Notes under the pieces: model-generated
The model's database searches: none
What the model saw: only the letters and a program-made list of their open reading frames with translations
What the model was told of the DNA's origin: nothing
Origin: Leptolyngbyaceae cyanobacterium
Lineage (GTDB): Bacteria > Cyanobacteriota > Cyanobacteriia > Phormidesmidales > Phormidesmidaceae
DNA length: 64,000 bases
NCBI GenBank assembly: GCA_050331235.1
Contig: JBHJHA010000021.1
Coordinates: 1 to 64,000, forward strand
Direction of reading: 5' to 3'
In this document: one piece after another, positions 54,205 through 64,000 of the stretch
How the letters are laid out: every line of letters starts with the position of its first letter
How positions within the stretch are numbered: the stretch's first letter is position 1
Made by a program: the position numbers and the translations under genes

Positions 54205-54887
54205 GCAAAGGTCACCTTAAAGAGGTGAAAGAGTTCCCCAGGCTGCTCCTTTTGAATTTTGACGCCCACGGCCTTCAGCTGTTTTTTCCACTCTGCTAGA
54301 GGCATTAACTCCACATCAGCCCCCAAGTACATTTCAAGAATGGCCCAGTCTTCGGCCAGCGGTTGCTCAGGATCGACAACATCAAACACAAAGGAGCTGC
54401 CTGGTTTGAGCACTTTTTTAACGGCGGTGAGTACGATATCCCAATAGTCCCAATCGTAATAGCAACTCACCCCCGTGGCGATCGCCACATCAAATTGATG
54501 AGGTTCATAAACATCCAGCTGATGCGCTGCTGCCTGCCGCATCCCTTTATAAAGCTTCGAGTTCAGCTGTGAACCCCGGGCATTGACTAAATCACAAATC
54601 GCTGAGCTGATATCTTGGCCGTAAAACCGCGCGTCCCACTCCCGCCAACAGGGATAAAACAAAAAGCTCCCGCCGCATCCTAAGTCAAGGCAGTTGTGGA
54701 GCTTCTTCGGTTTGACAAACTCCCAGAAGGGCGATGCAATCCGGGAAGACAACTTACCCGATATCCATTCTTGAAAGATGGGCAGTGCTTCTACGGACTC
54801 TGGCACTTCAACGGCATCGCCCCGATATTCATGGTCATACCGTGCAGCGACGGCATCGAGGCGATCAGATAAACCAGGCGAAACCAT
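54201..54887 (-). CDS. Class I SAM-dependent methyltransferase
   Basis: CLDLGCGG, GQDIS and VLKPG motifs. Confidence 0.82.
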   Translation of the reverse strand: MVSPGLSDRLDAVAARYDHEYRGDAVEVPESVEALPIFQEWISGKLSSRIASPFWEFVKPKKLHNCLDLGCGGSFLFYPCWREWDARFYGQDISSAICDLVNARGSQLNSKLYKGMRQAAAHQLDVYEPHQFDVAIATGVSCYYDWDYWDIVLTAVKKVLKPGSSFVFDVVDPEQPLAEDWAILEMYLGADVELMPLAEWKKQLKAVGVKIQKEQPGELFHLFKVTFA

Positions 54888-54925
54888 AGAGACTGCCACT
54901 CTTTGAAGATGTGCGTCTCCACATC

Positions 54926-55108
54926 CTAGCCCTTCAGTGCTTTGTTGAAATTCTGACGGTAAGACTTGTTTGCAATGAAGTAGATTGGCCAAAGCAGCGT
55001 AAGGCTAACTTTGTTCTGGCTGAAGTTGGTTTTTTGAAAGCCATTCCAAAACCGCCAGGCCCCGGTGCCATAAGTAATCGATAGCGTTAGAAATACTAAA
55101 ACTCCCAT
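54926..55108 (-). CDS. Small conserved membrane protein
   Basis: YGTGAWRFWNGF...LLWP...SYRQNFNKALKG; gagggaat RBS-like sequence upstream. Confidence 0.75.
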   Translation of the reverse strand: MGVLVFLTLSITYGTGAWRFWNGFQKTNFSQNKVSLTLLWPIYFIANKSYRQNFNKALKG

Positions 55109-55448
55109 GGCCTTTATTCCCTCTTTTTGCTCCAGGAATCTATCTGACTATTCCAAAATAACAGTGAACTCGACAATTGGCGGGAAGGAGAAAATCGCCA
55201 CGGGTTCACTCCATGGTTAAGCCTCACTACTGGAACGACGCTTTCAGCAGTTATCAACAAAACGGTGGGGAGTGCTCGTTTATGCTATTTGGTAGATGTG
55301 ACTGTACTGATAAAGACTGATGATACAGCCATGGAAGGCTATCAGCCTGTACCTCTAGGTGCAGACTGAAATTATTAATGGCGGTCCACTGTCATACAGT
55401 CACCATCACCCTTTAAAGATAATTTTCTTTACGTCCGAGGAGGATCTA

Positions 55449-57992
55449 ATGCGTGCAGTACTAATGGCCGGCGGTTCTGGAACTCGCTTGCGGCCCCTGA
55501 CCTGCGACCTGCCCAAGCCGATGGTTCCTATCTTGAATCGTCCAATTGCTGAGCACATCATCAACCTCCTCAAGCGGAATGGTGTCGATGAGGTTATCGC
55601 CACTCTGTATTACTTGCCTGATGTCATGAGAGATTACTTTCAGGACGGCAGTGAGTTTGGGGTGCAAATGACCTATGCCGTCGAAGAAGACCAGCCCTTA
55701 GGGACCGCCGGGTGTGTCAAGAACATTGCTGAGCTCTTGGATGACACCTTTATCGTGATTAGTGGTGACGGCGTCACTGATTTTGATCTACAGGAGGCCG
55801 TCCGATTCCATAAAGAAAAAGGCTCGAAGGCGACTTTGGTGCTGGCTCGGGTGCCCAATCCGGTTGAGTTTGGCGTGGTCATTACAGACAGTGACGATCG
55901 CATCCAGCGCTTTTTAGAAAAGCCGTCAACCAGTGAGATCTTTTCTGACACCGTGAACACCGGCACCTATATTTTGGAGCCTGAGGTGCTGAACTATTTG
56001 CCAGAAAACCAGGAAACCGATTTTTCCAAGGATCTCTTTCCCCTGCTGTTAGCCAAAGGTGAGCCGATGTACGGCTATGTGGCGGAGGGGTACTGGTGCG
56101 ATGTTGGCCACCTCGATGCCTATCGTGAGGCGCAGTACGATGCGCTGAAAGAGGCGGTGGAAATGTCCTTGGATTATTATCCCGAACAGTCGCCGGGCGT
56201 TCGGGTGGGGCAAAATACTGAAATCGACCCGTCGGCGCAGCTTGAGCCCCCTGTAATGATTGGCGATAACTGCCGAATTGGGGCCCGGGTTAAGCTCAAG
56301 TCTGGAACGATTATTGGCGATAACGTCACCATTGGTAACGATGCGCAGCTTGAGCGCTCAATTGTGTGGAATGGGGCCATCGTGGGAGAAGAGGCCTATC
56401 TCCAAGCCTGCATAATTTCTCGGGGTACGCGGGTTGATCGCCGTGCCCATGTGTTGGAAGGCGCCGTCATTGGCGCGCTATCGACAGTGGGTGAAGAAGC
56501 ACAGATCAGCCCAAAGGTGAGAGTATGGCCTAATAAACAAATCGAGTCGGGAGCCACTTTGAATATCAATTTGATTTGGGGTAATACTGCTCAACGCAAC
56601 TTATTTGGCCAGCGGGGCGTCTCCGGACTCGCAAATATCGATATTACGCCTGAGTTTGCGGTGAAGCTAGGGGCCGCCTATGGGTCAACGCTGAAGGCCG
56701 GCTCCAATGTTACAGTATCTCGCGATCAGCGTAGTATTTCTCGCATGGTGTCGCGATCGCTGATCTCTGGTTTGATGTCGGTGGGCATCAATATCCAAAA
56801 CTTAGAGGCGACAGCGATTCCGCTGGCGCGGGCGGTGATGCCTTCCCTAGGTGTCAACGGGGGCATCCACGTCCGCTTACACCCCGATCGGCCTGATCAT
56901 ATCCTGATCGAGTTTTTCGACGAGAACGGCATTGATATCCCTAAAAGCAAGGAAAAGAAAATTGAAGGGGCTTACTTTAAGGAAGACCTCCGAAGGGCCC
57001 AGATCAACGAAATCGGCTCAGTGACTTACCCTAGTCGCGTGATTGAAGCCTACAGCCAAGCCTTTGAAGAACACCTCAACGTGGAAGCTGTCCGCAGCAG
57101 CAATTCCAAGGTGGTCATTGATTATGCCTATGCGGTCTCTGGGGCGGTGCTGCCGCGCTTGCTCGCCAAGTGTGATTGCGATGCCGTCGTGCTGAATGCG
57201 AGCTTGACTCAAAACGCCCCGACCGGCAGCGATCGCGAATCTATGCTGAGCCAGCTTGGACAGGTGGTGCAGGCACTACAGGCGACCTTTGGGGTTCAGG
57301 TCTCTGCCAACGGTGAGCAGTTTATCCTGGTGGATGAAGTCGGTACGCCGATTCGCGGTGAGACCCTCACGGCCTTAGTGACTCACATGGTGCTAACGGC
57401 TAACCCTCGGGGCACAGTAGTGGTGCCTGTCCACGCGACGGGCGCGATCGAGCACATTGCTCGCCGCCACGATGGCAACGTGATTCGCACCAAAGTTAAC
57501 CCTACGGCGCTGATGGAAGCCTGCCAAGAAAACGAAAATGTCGTGTTGGGCGGCAGTAGCGATATGGGCTTTATCTTTCCGCAAATGCATCCGGGCTTTG
57601 ATGCTATGTTTTGCATTGCTAAGATCATCGAGATGCTCACCGTACAAGAGCATACCCTGGGGCAAATCTGGAGCGAACTACCCCGGATTTCTCACCGGAT
57701 TCAAACCCTCCGCTGCCCTTGGACTTCTAAGGGTGCCCTCATGCGCTATCTGGTAGAAACCCACCCCTCGGACCAGTTGGAACTCGTTGACGGGGTGAAG
57801 ATTCTCGATCCAGATATCGACGGTTGGATTTTGGTGCTACCGGATGCGGGCGAACCCCTAGTGCATATCTATGCCAATAGCGAAGATCGTGAGTGGGTGG
57901 ATGAAAATCTCAATCAGTATCGCCAGAAAGTTTTGGCATTTATTGAGCAAGACCAAGGTATCCACCAAGTTCCTCAGGAGACAGCATTATGA
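55449..57992 (+). CDS. Mannose-1-phosphate guanylyltransferase / hexapeptide / phosphomannomutase-like fusion
   Basis: [33 protein letters not shown] and WCDVG motifs, LbH repeats, [19 protein letters not shown]. Confidence 0.92.
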   Translation: MRAVLMAGGSGTRLRPLTCDLPKPMVPILNRPIAEHIINLLKRNGVDEVIATLYYLPDVMRDYFQDGSEFGVQMTYAVEEDQPLGTAGCVKNIAELLDDTFIVISGDGVTDFDLQEAVRFHKEKGSKATLVLARVPNPVEFGVVITDSDDRIQRFLEKPSTSEIFSDTVNTGTYILEPEVLNYLPENQETDFSKDLFPLLLAKGEPMYGYVAEGYWCDVGHLDAYREAQYDALKEAVEMSLDYYPEQSPGVRVGQNTEIDPSAQLEPPVMIGDNCRIGARVKLKSGTIIGDNVTIGNDAQLERSIVWNGAIVGEEAYLQACIISRGTRVDRRAHVLEGAVIGALSTVGEEAQISPKVRVWPNKQIESGATLNINLIWGNTAQRNLFGQRGVSGLANIDITPEFAVKLGAAYGSTLKAGSNVTVSRDQRSISRMVSRSLISGLMSVGINIQNLEATAIPLARAVMPSLGVNGGIHVRLHPDRPDHILIEFFDENGIDIPKSKEKKIEGAYFKEDLRRAQINEIGSVTYPSRVIEAYSQAFEEHLNVEAVRSSNSKVVIDYAYAVSGAVLPRLLAKCDCDAVVLNASLTQNAPTGSDRESMLSQLGQVVQALQATFGVQVSANGEQFILVDEVGTPIRGETLTALVTHMVLTANPRGTVVVPVHATGAIEHIARRHDGNVIRTKVNPTALMEACQENENVVLGGSSDMGFIFPQMHPGFDAMFCIAKIIEMLTVQEHTLGQIWSELPRISHRIQTLRCPWTSKGALMRYLVETHPSDQLELVDGVKILDPDIDGWILVLPDAGEPLVHIYANSEDREWVDENLNQYRQKVLAFIEQDQGIHQVPQETAL

Positions 57993-58447
57993 ATCAATGC
58001 ACGTTGATGGCTGAAATCATCTCAGCTCCCCAGCTGCGTTACACCCAAGACAACCAGACGGCGATCGCGGAGATGACGGTGGCGTTTCCGGGGCTCCGGG
58101 CCGATGATGGGGCGCAGCAGCTCAAAGTGATTGGCTGGGGCAACCTTGCGCAAGAACTGCAAGAGAAGTATCAGGCGGGCGATCGCGTCTTACTTGAAGG
58201 CCGATTATCGATGAACACCGTTGATCGTCCAGAGGGGTTTAAAGAAAAGCAAGCCGAAATGACTGCTCAGCGCGTTCATCGCCTGACTGACTTAGGCTCT
58301 ATAGCGATCGGCCAGCCTACATCAGCACCCAGTGCTGGCGCTCCGGCTCCAGTCGCTGCGCCCAACCCATCGCCAGCGGCAGTTTCCCCTCAGCCCCAAG
58401 CCGTTCCGTCTGAACCAGACGTCGACTATGACGACATTCCGTTTTAG
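57989..58447 (+). CDS. ssb: Single-stranded DNA-binding protein (cyanobacterial paralogue)
   Basis: [13 protein letters not shown] and EGRL motifs, C-terminal DDIPF; ATGA overlap with the upstream gene. Confidence 0.88.
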   Translation: MNQCTLMAEIISAPQLRYTQDNQTAIAEMTVAFPGLRADDGAQQLKVIGWGNLAQELQEKYQAGDRVLLEGRLSMNTVDRPEGFKEKQAEMTAQRVHRLTDLGSIAIGQPTSAPSAGAPAPVAAPNPSPAAVSPQPQAVPSEPDVDYDDIPF

Positions 58448-58477
58448 CCGTTGAACATCGGCTTCGGTCTGAGCCAT

Positions 58478-58563
58478 CGCTATGCCAGCCAGTTAACAAC
58501 CTTGAATCGATCGCTTGTAGGCTAGACCTGCGACAGTGGATTCAAGGTTGTCTGGCTATGGCG
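58478..58563. terminator. Long imperfect hairpin downstream of ssb
   Basis: cgctat..agccag..acaaccttgaatc / gattcaaggttgt-ctggct-atggcg. Confidence 0.6.
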
Positions 58564-58948
58564 AGCGTAGTCAACCTTGAACAGGTTCAACTGCTGCGTC
58601 AATTGTGGCGAAGTCATCGCTTGCACTTTTCTCTCCATTACCATAATTTGCAGCACGGGGATTACTCCTGCCAAGCAGAGCCCCACTATCTCGGGGTAAA
58701 TTAGTTTGTATACCTTGGCCCTCAATGAGAAGCCTACCCATCAAATTGGACAGAAAGACTTGAGGGAAAACTCCAATTACCCTAAATCTCTGCGCTGACG
58801 CTCTGCTGAAGGGCAACTGGTTTAGTCAAAATGGAGAGGTGAAATCCGACTATCGGCAACGGGGGGGCGAGGCGCAGCTTTCCCAAAGAGGCTAGAAAAA
58901 GCCCATATCAGCGTATCTGTAGCGGTAGCAAACGCTAATGTGAAGCCC

Positions 58949-59320
58949 TTAGTGATGAGCGCGGCTAGCGAGTAGCTGCTCTTCCAGTGCGGCGATACGG
59001 TTATAAGCAGCGGTTAATTGGGCAGTCAATCGCTGAATCTGAATTTCGGGAGAAAGGCTAGCTTCCTCGGTTGTGCTGTCAGACTCCATATAAACTGAAT
59101 CCATCAGAATGTCTTTGTGAACTAACAGTGCCTCACCTCGATGGAAGGGAGTCGTCCCGACCATCGCCGATGAGTTATCGTCCAACAAAACATCCGCATC
59201 AGCATGGGACTGAGAGGAAGACAGAATCTCAGTAACCCGATGATTGACTTGATCAATTAGGGTGTGGAGTGCGTCAACTTTCTCGGTCAATAAGGTGACC
59301 TGTGACTCAATAGGTTGCAT
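58949..59320 (-). CDS. Conserved cyanobacterial coiled-coil hypothetical protein
   Basis: HKDIL...SPEIQIQRLTAQLTAAYNRIAALEEQLL. Confidence 0.75.
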   Translation of the reverse strand: MQPIESQVTLLTEKVDALHTLIDQVNHRVTEILSSSQSHADADVLLDDNSSAMVGTTPFHRGEALLVHKDILMDSVYMESDSTTEEASLSPEIQIQRLTAQLTAAYNRIAALEEQLLASRAHH

Positions 59321-60384
59321 ATGACGCTAACGCTCTGAATAGAATTAATTACATCCTATAGCTAGGTTTTTTTTATGTCCCAGATCTGTAGAGTGATTTA
59401 AAGTTTGTTGATATTTTATGTTGCTGGAGAATGAAGGTCCGCGATCGCAATTTTCAAGGAAATGGCGGGCCTAAAACAGATGCGCAAAATTTTAGTTACT
59501 GCAAAAATGAAATGCTCGTCATGACCTGCTAGCAGCGATACATAACTTTGTAATATCCGGCTCGAGCGTAGAGTTTTCTGTTGAAACTGCTCGAGCCAAT
59601 GCTCTGGCAGTATTGCTGACCATCATCGATGCCCCTACTGCCACGAGCGATACAGTCACTGGATGTCTAAATGCAGCGGCACGAACAATACTTTGGCCAA
59701 ATTATAAGATGCGAAAATTCTGTTGAGTCGAGCTGTATCTTTCTAGGAGTAAGGGTTGTAGCGGTTTCGGTTGGCAGCTAGGTGGACCAGCTACATTGAC
59801 TATTTTATTTAGCTCCTATCAATTCCTGTTGATGGGAGCTAGGCTGTCGAGTAGCTGTAAAAGGCATCGAATAGATACTGTTGATGTCAAGTTTGGCCGT
59901 AGTGAGATGAGGTCATAAACCGGATTGTGGCTCGTTTGAACGACTAGCTCTCTGTTAAATGAAAGGGATATCTTTCAACTGATCTACGGACAAAAATCTT
60001 TGATGGCAGCTAAGCTAATTTAGGGCGTCGCGATTCCATTCCTCTGTGTCCAAAACTCCATGTCGGGGCAACCCTGGCGACTAAGCTATCAACTAATTTT
60101 TAATATTGAAAGTGATATATTTGAAAGCCTTGCAGGGGCCTAATTTTTGTTGTTACACCTTGGGTAAAAAAATATTGAAGCACGAAAAATCTGGCTTTGA
60201 AGAATCTGTGGGGATAGATTTTGGGGTTGGTCCTGGTGAAAATGTTGCAGCGGGTCTCGATAAGAGCGTTATCTCTGGTGCCTTTGTGCCGATATCGGTA
60301 TGTCCCCTGTGAGAACCCCGAGCCAGTTCTGTAAACTTGGCTCAATACGATTAACTATCCGACGTGTGATTGATATTGGCTCCC

Positions 60385-61521
60385 ATGGACCGACGATCTT
60401 TACTTTTAGGGCTGGCAGCGTTGGCTGTGGCGCAGACTGCTTGCGGACGTAGTCATGCTGGTGCCCTAGCGATTACGACGCTAAAAGATGCACTGCCGCC
60501 GCAGTTACTGAGCGACTTTAAAGATAGCTTGACGGATCCCGCGCCCCTCAAGGTTCGGACGCAAAAGTCTTGGGTCTCGCTGTGGCAAACGCTGCAAGAA
60601 TGGCACCAAGCCAATGCTGAAGACTCCCTTCCCAGCCCGGTCGCGGACTGGGTCTGTGTGAGCGATTACTGGTTGTTTGCTGCCATCCAACAACAGTTGA
60701 TTTTGCCGCTGAGTGAAGTACGAACGGTGCCTGGCTGGGAAAATTTGCCTGAATCCTGGTCCACGCTGTTGCAGCGTAATTCTCAGGGCTTTGTGTCAGA
60801 AACTGGGACAGTGTGGGCGTCGCCCTATCGGTGGGGAAGTTTGGTGATGGTGTATGACAGCCGGCCCTTTGCCAAGTGGGGGTGGCAGCCGACTGCCTGG
60901 TCAGATTTGCTTAGACCTGAGCTGCGTCAACGTTTGGCATTGCCCAATCATCCCCGTATCGTGTTGGGCCTCTTGCTGAAGTCTTTAGGATACTCGGTCA
61001 ATGATCTTGACCCAGAAACCCATGGCGATTTGAGATCTATGCTCGATGCGTTGGTCCCACAGGTCCGCGTATATGCAACGTCTTCCTATCTGGAATCTTT
61101 GATTGTTGGAGACGTGGCGTTGGCCGTTGGTTGGTCAGCAGAAATTCAACCCGTGTTGTCACGTTATCGATATTTAAAGGCGATCGCTCCAGATCCCGGT
61201 ACGTTGCTGTCAGCAGATGTTTGGGTTAAACCCAATCCTACAATGGGCCAGCCCCAGGAAACATCTCCCTCACCCATTGATCAAAAATGGCTTAGCTACT
61301 GGTGGAGTCCAAAGGTCGTGACCCCTTTGAGTTTATTTGCTCGAGGGCTCTCACCGCTGTTGTTATCCCCCGATAGCATTCAGGTGGCTGTGACCACCGC
61401 TGAGACCGCGATCGCCCCAACGTCTGAGCAGCTAGCCCAAAGCGAGTTTATTTTGCCATTGGAGGCCGCTGCGATCGCCCGTTATGAAGCGCTGTGGCGG
61501 CAACTAAGGGGGCGCAAATAG
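60385..61521 (+). CDS. Extracellular solute-binding protein (PotD/PotF-like) with Tat/lipoprotein signal
   Basis: MDRRSLL...TACG, SPYRWG, WSDLLRPEL and LAVGWS motifs. Confidence 0.8.
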   Translation: MDRRSLLLGLAALAVAQTACGRSHAGALAITTLKDALPPQLLSDFKDSLTDPAPLKVRTQKSWVSLWQTLQEWHQANAEDSLPSPVADWVCVSDYWLFAAIQQQLILPLSEVRTVPGWENLPESWSTLLQRNSQGFVSETGTVWASPYRWGSLVMVYDSRPFAKWGWQPTAWSDLLRPELRQRLALPNHPRIVLGLLLKSLGYSVNDLDPETHGDLRSMLDALVPQVRVYATSSYLESLIVGDVALAVGWSAEIQPVLSRYRYLKAIAPDPGTLLSADVWVKPNPTMGQPQETSPSPIDQKWLSYWWSPKVVTPLSLFARGLSPLLLSPDSIQVAVTTAETAIAPTSEQLAQSEFILPLEAAAIARYEALWRQLRGRK

Positions 61522-62232
61522 GTCATCGTTTAACTCGGGGCTAACATAGTCGATGAATGGGCCAATGGATGCGGTGCAGTTGACTTGCGAGAGGTCAGCA
61601 AGTCCATCAATTTGCCCCTCCGGCGACTCAGCAGTGTCTCGAATACTGCTGAAATCACAGCTATGCACTCCCACCAGGCTAATGGAGTTGTAAATTCTGA
61701 CATGGTAGCCGTAGATCATGCCCGCACCGCCAAAACGGCGTAGGATGGCATACTGCTGAAAATAGTTCAAGCGATTCCAATATTGCGGGTCAACCTGAAC
61801 ATCGATGACCGCCGTCTCAGCCGAATTGCTGTAAAAGGCCGTCCAGTCTCGCACCAAGCGATACCCCTCAACCCGTACGGTGGAGTTGGGGGCAACTCGC
61901 CATAGGGTCGGTAGCTGATCACGGCTCCACCAGAGGCTAGGGAGCGTTGCCGAATAAAGGGAAACGGTCTCAGGGGTAATGATCGGCCAATCTTCAGCCG
62001 CCTCGGATAAAAAACCTGGCCCGCCTGCATAGTTGGAGGGCACCGTGAGCAACTGCTCATACATACGGTCTTCCACCGTTCGCTCGCTGTCGCTGGGAGT
62101 CGGGGTTTGGGCCAGAGCGATCGCGCTGCTAAACAGCCCCATCAAGGTGGCACAACTAACTGAAACTAATCGCAGCGATTGCTGCACCATAACGGTTAAA
62201 CGTTGAGAGGATACGCTCATAGGCTTTGACAC
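61504..62232 (-). CDS. Hypothetical secreted protein
   Basis: Signal-like helix, PSLWW and YWNRLNYFQQY motifs. Confidence 0.65.
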   Translation of the reverse strand: MSKPMSVSSQRLTVMVQQSLRLVSVSCATLMGLFSSAIALAQTPTPSDSERTVEDRMYEQLLTVPSNYAGGPGFLSEAAEDWPIITPETVSLYSATLPSLWWSRDQLPTLWRVAPNSTVRVEGYRLVRDWTAFYSNSAETAVIDVQVDPQYWNRLNYFQQYAILRRFGGAGMIYGYHVRIYNSISLVGVHSCDFSSIRDTAESPEGQIDGLADLSQVNCTASIGPFIDYVSPELNDDLFAPP

Positions 62233-62250
62233 TGGTTCGCAGTTGATAAG

Positions 62251-64000
62251 CTAAGTCGTTATGGGCGATCGCTGGCGGCTAGAAGCAGCATCGGCGCTCA
62301 AAATCAAACTCAGGCGATGCGTGTGTAGCAGGCGCAAGGGACGCTGTAAGGCCTGCTCTAGCATGTAGCTCACGTGCTCTGGTCGCAGGAGGGTGCCGTC
62401 GTTTTTGCAACTACCCCTGTAGTGAATGATAGCTTGACCCCCAAAATTGTTTCCCTGTAGCGATGGCGGCAGCATCTGCAGATCGTTGGCGGCAGCCCAA
62501 TCCAGGCTATAGAGACGTTCCCGTAAGTTAACCTGCTTCTTCTTACCTGACTTGGTAGTGTGCTCCCAGGTCATCGTCTCAGCCTGTAGAACGCTAGCGA
62601 TCGCGGCTTGCCAGTCGGCTGGAGTCAGGGGAGCTTCGGGCACTGCTCCAGTGAGCACTAGCAAATACTCAGCCTGCTCCAGCGATTTCGTGGCCGAGGG
62701 ATGATTGAGGGGAATATCGGCAACCTGATAAATCGGCATGTCCACCGGGAGCTGCTCCGCCAATCGCCGCTCAAATTCATCAATATCTAGGGATGCCGTG
62801 AGTTCAAAGTCGACGATTTCGCCCGAACTAGTAGCCCCCAGGGGTAAGGCATTTGCCGGCGAGATGCGTGGCCCTGGATGGTAACCGCCAGTAAAGGCAA
62901 CGGGCAAGGCCGCCCGCCGCACAGCCCGGTCAAACAGCCGCACTAAATCAAGATGGCCCAACAGCGCTAGTTCCTGTTGCTTACCCAGCCACACCCGAAG
63001 TCGCTGCACCCGAGTTTGATTAGGCTGAAAATGGCCGGTGAACTCTGGAATGGGAGGCGGTGGTACCACTACGTTGTGACCAAAGTCAGGCCCACAGATG
63101 CCACAGTGCGAGCACCCTTCAAAGGAACAATCGGGGACGATCGCGGCGACTAGAGCCCGCTGCAAATCGTCTTTGAGCCACTGCTTACTGATGCCCGTAT
63201 CCAAATGATCCCAAGGGAGCGGATTATCTAAATGGCTGGCTTGCTCGGCGTGGTGAGTATCCATGACGTTCCACTCGCCAGTCTCTACCTGCCGATATTT
63301 CCAAGATAGATCGGCCTCATCAATGGCCTGAGTCCAAGCATTAAAGGCTCGATCCAAGCTTTCCCACCAAGAGTCCATACCGGCACCGAGCTCCCACGCT
63401 CGGCGCACCACGGCGGCTAATCGGCGATCGCCTCGGCCTACAAAATCTTCCATCGCAGAAATGCGGACATCGGTGAAATTAGCCTTGATGCCCCGCATTT
63501 TTTGAAATTCTGCACCCAACAGTGCCTGCTTACGCAAAAACTCACTGGTGGAAACGCTGTGCCACTGAAATGGCGTGTGAGGTTTGGGGGTGAAGTTAGA
63601 AATAGTCAAATTCACTTTGAGCGGTTTCCGGCCCTTTTGCCGACATTCCTGCTGCAGCCAGCGCACTGTCTCAGCGATGCCCAAAACATCAGTATCGGTC
63701 TCCCCCGGCAGACCAATCATGAAATATAGCTTGACGCGCTCCCAACCCTGCTCGTAGGCAGTTTTAACGCCGCGTAGCAACTCTTCGTTAGTTAACCCTT
63801 TGTTGATGATGTCTCGCAGGCGCTGGGTGCCAGCTTCGGGTGCAAAGGTCAAGCCGGTTTGCCGGGTGCCACCGAGAATATTGGCAATATTTTCATCGAA
63901 GCGATCGACTCGCTGGCTCGGCAGCGATAGCGAAATGTTGTCGTTTTTAAGGCGATTTTTGACCTCGACCCCAACCGCTGGCAGTGCCAGATAATCGGAA
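62251..64000 (-). CDS. TIGR03960-type B12-binding radical SAM protein fused to a DUF2344/TIGR03936 domain; N-terminus lies outside the window
   Basis: SLPSQRVD, TFAPEAGTQRLR, KLYFMIGLPGET, FTPKPHTPFQW, CSHCGIC and GHLDL...FTGGYHP motifs. Confidence 0.9.
   Translation of the reverse strand, partial: SDYLALPAVGVEVKNRLKNDNISLSLPSQRVDRFDENIANILGGTRQTGLTFAPEAGTQRLRDIINKGLTNEELLRGVKTAYEQGWERVKLYFMIGLPGETDTDVLGIAETVRWLQQECRQKGRKPLKVNLTISNFTPKPHTPFQWHSVSTSEFLRKQALLGAEFQKMRGIKANFTDVRISAMEDFVGRGDRRLAAVVRRAWELGAGMDSWWESLDRAFNAWTQAIDEADLSWKYRQVETGEWNVMDTHHAEQASHLDNPLPWDHLDTGISKQWLKDDLQRALVAAIVPDCSFEGCSHCGICGPDFGHNVVVPPPPIPEFTGHFQPNQTRVQRLRVWLGKQQELALLGHLDLVRLFDRAVRRAALPVAFTGGYHPGPRISPANALPLGATSSGEIVDFELTASLDIDEFERRLAEQLPVDMPIYQVADIPLNHPSATKSLEQAEYLLVLTGAVPEAPLTPADWQAAIASVLQAETMTWEHTTKSGKKKQVNLRERLYSLDWAAANDLQMLPPSLQGNNFGGQAIIHYRGSCKNDGTLLRPEHVSYMLEQALQRPLRLLHTHRLSLILSADAASSRQRSPITT

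Noticed and set aside
60100..60345. Short ORFs 60100-60345 (-) and 60106-60312 (+)
   Set aside because: No recognisable motifs, AT-rich intergenic composition and mutually overlapping.

Overview
Chromosomal window of a filamentous cyanobacterium. HIP1 octamers (GCGATCGC) are pervasive, and ycf34, an hli gene, an nblB-like gene and a K-box/CIRCE-controlled groESL are present; the Leptolyngbya/Nodosilinea-like assignment is by impression only. The left edge is the boundary of an element integrated at tRNA-Val(TAC), with a partial tyrosine integrase. The rest is mostly core or accessory cyanobacterial genes: groES/groEL, mtnP, 6S RNA, glsA, ggt, aqpZ, rplU-rpmA, a UvrD-like helicase, asnS, argH, cobK, a mannose-1-P guanylyltransferase/PGM fusion, ssb and a radical SAM gene. 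The best candidates for under-described systems are (i) a stand-alone RnfD/NqrB-like membrane protein co-oriented with a secreted CxxC DUF2330 protein across a three-hairpin spacer, and (ii) two tandem short filamentous-haemagglutinin (TPS) paralogues with acidic Cys-pair tails followed by a TPR-CHAT protease. Four otherwise intact genes each carry one in-frame stop. All four, plus a missense change in a conserved glsA motif, are explicable by single A:T>T:A transversions, which points to a sequencing or mutational signature rather than recoding. No CRISPR array, rRNA or intact IS was seen. Family assignments come from motif recognition, not database searches.
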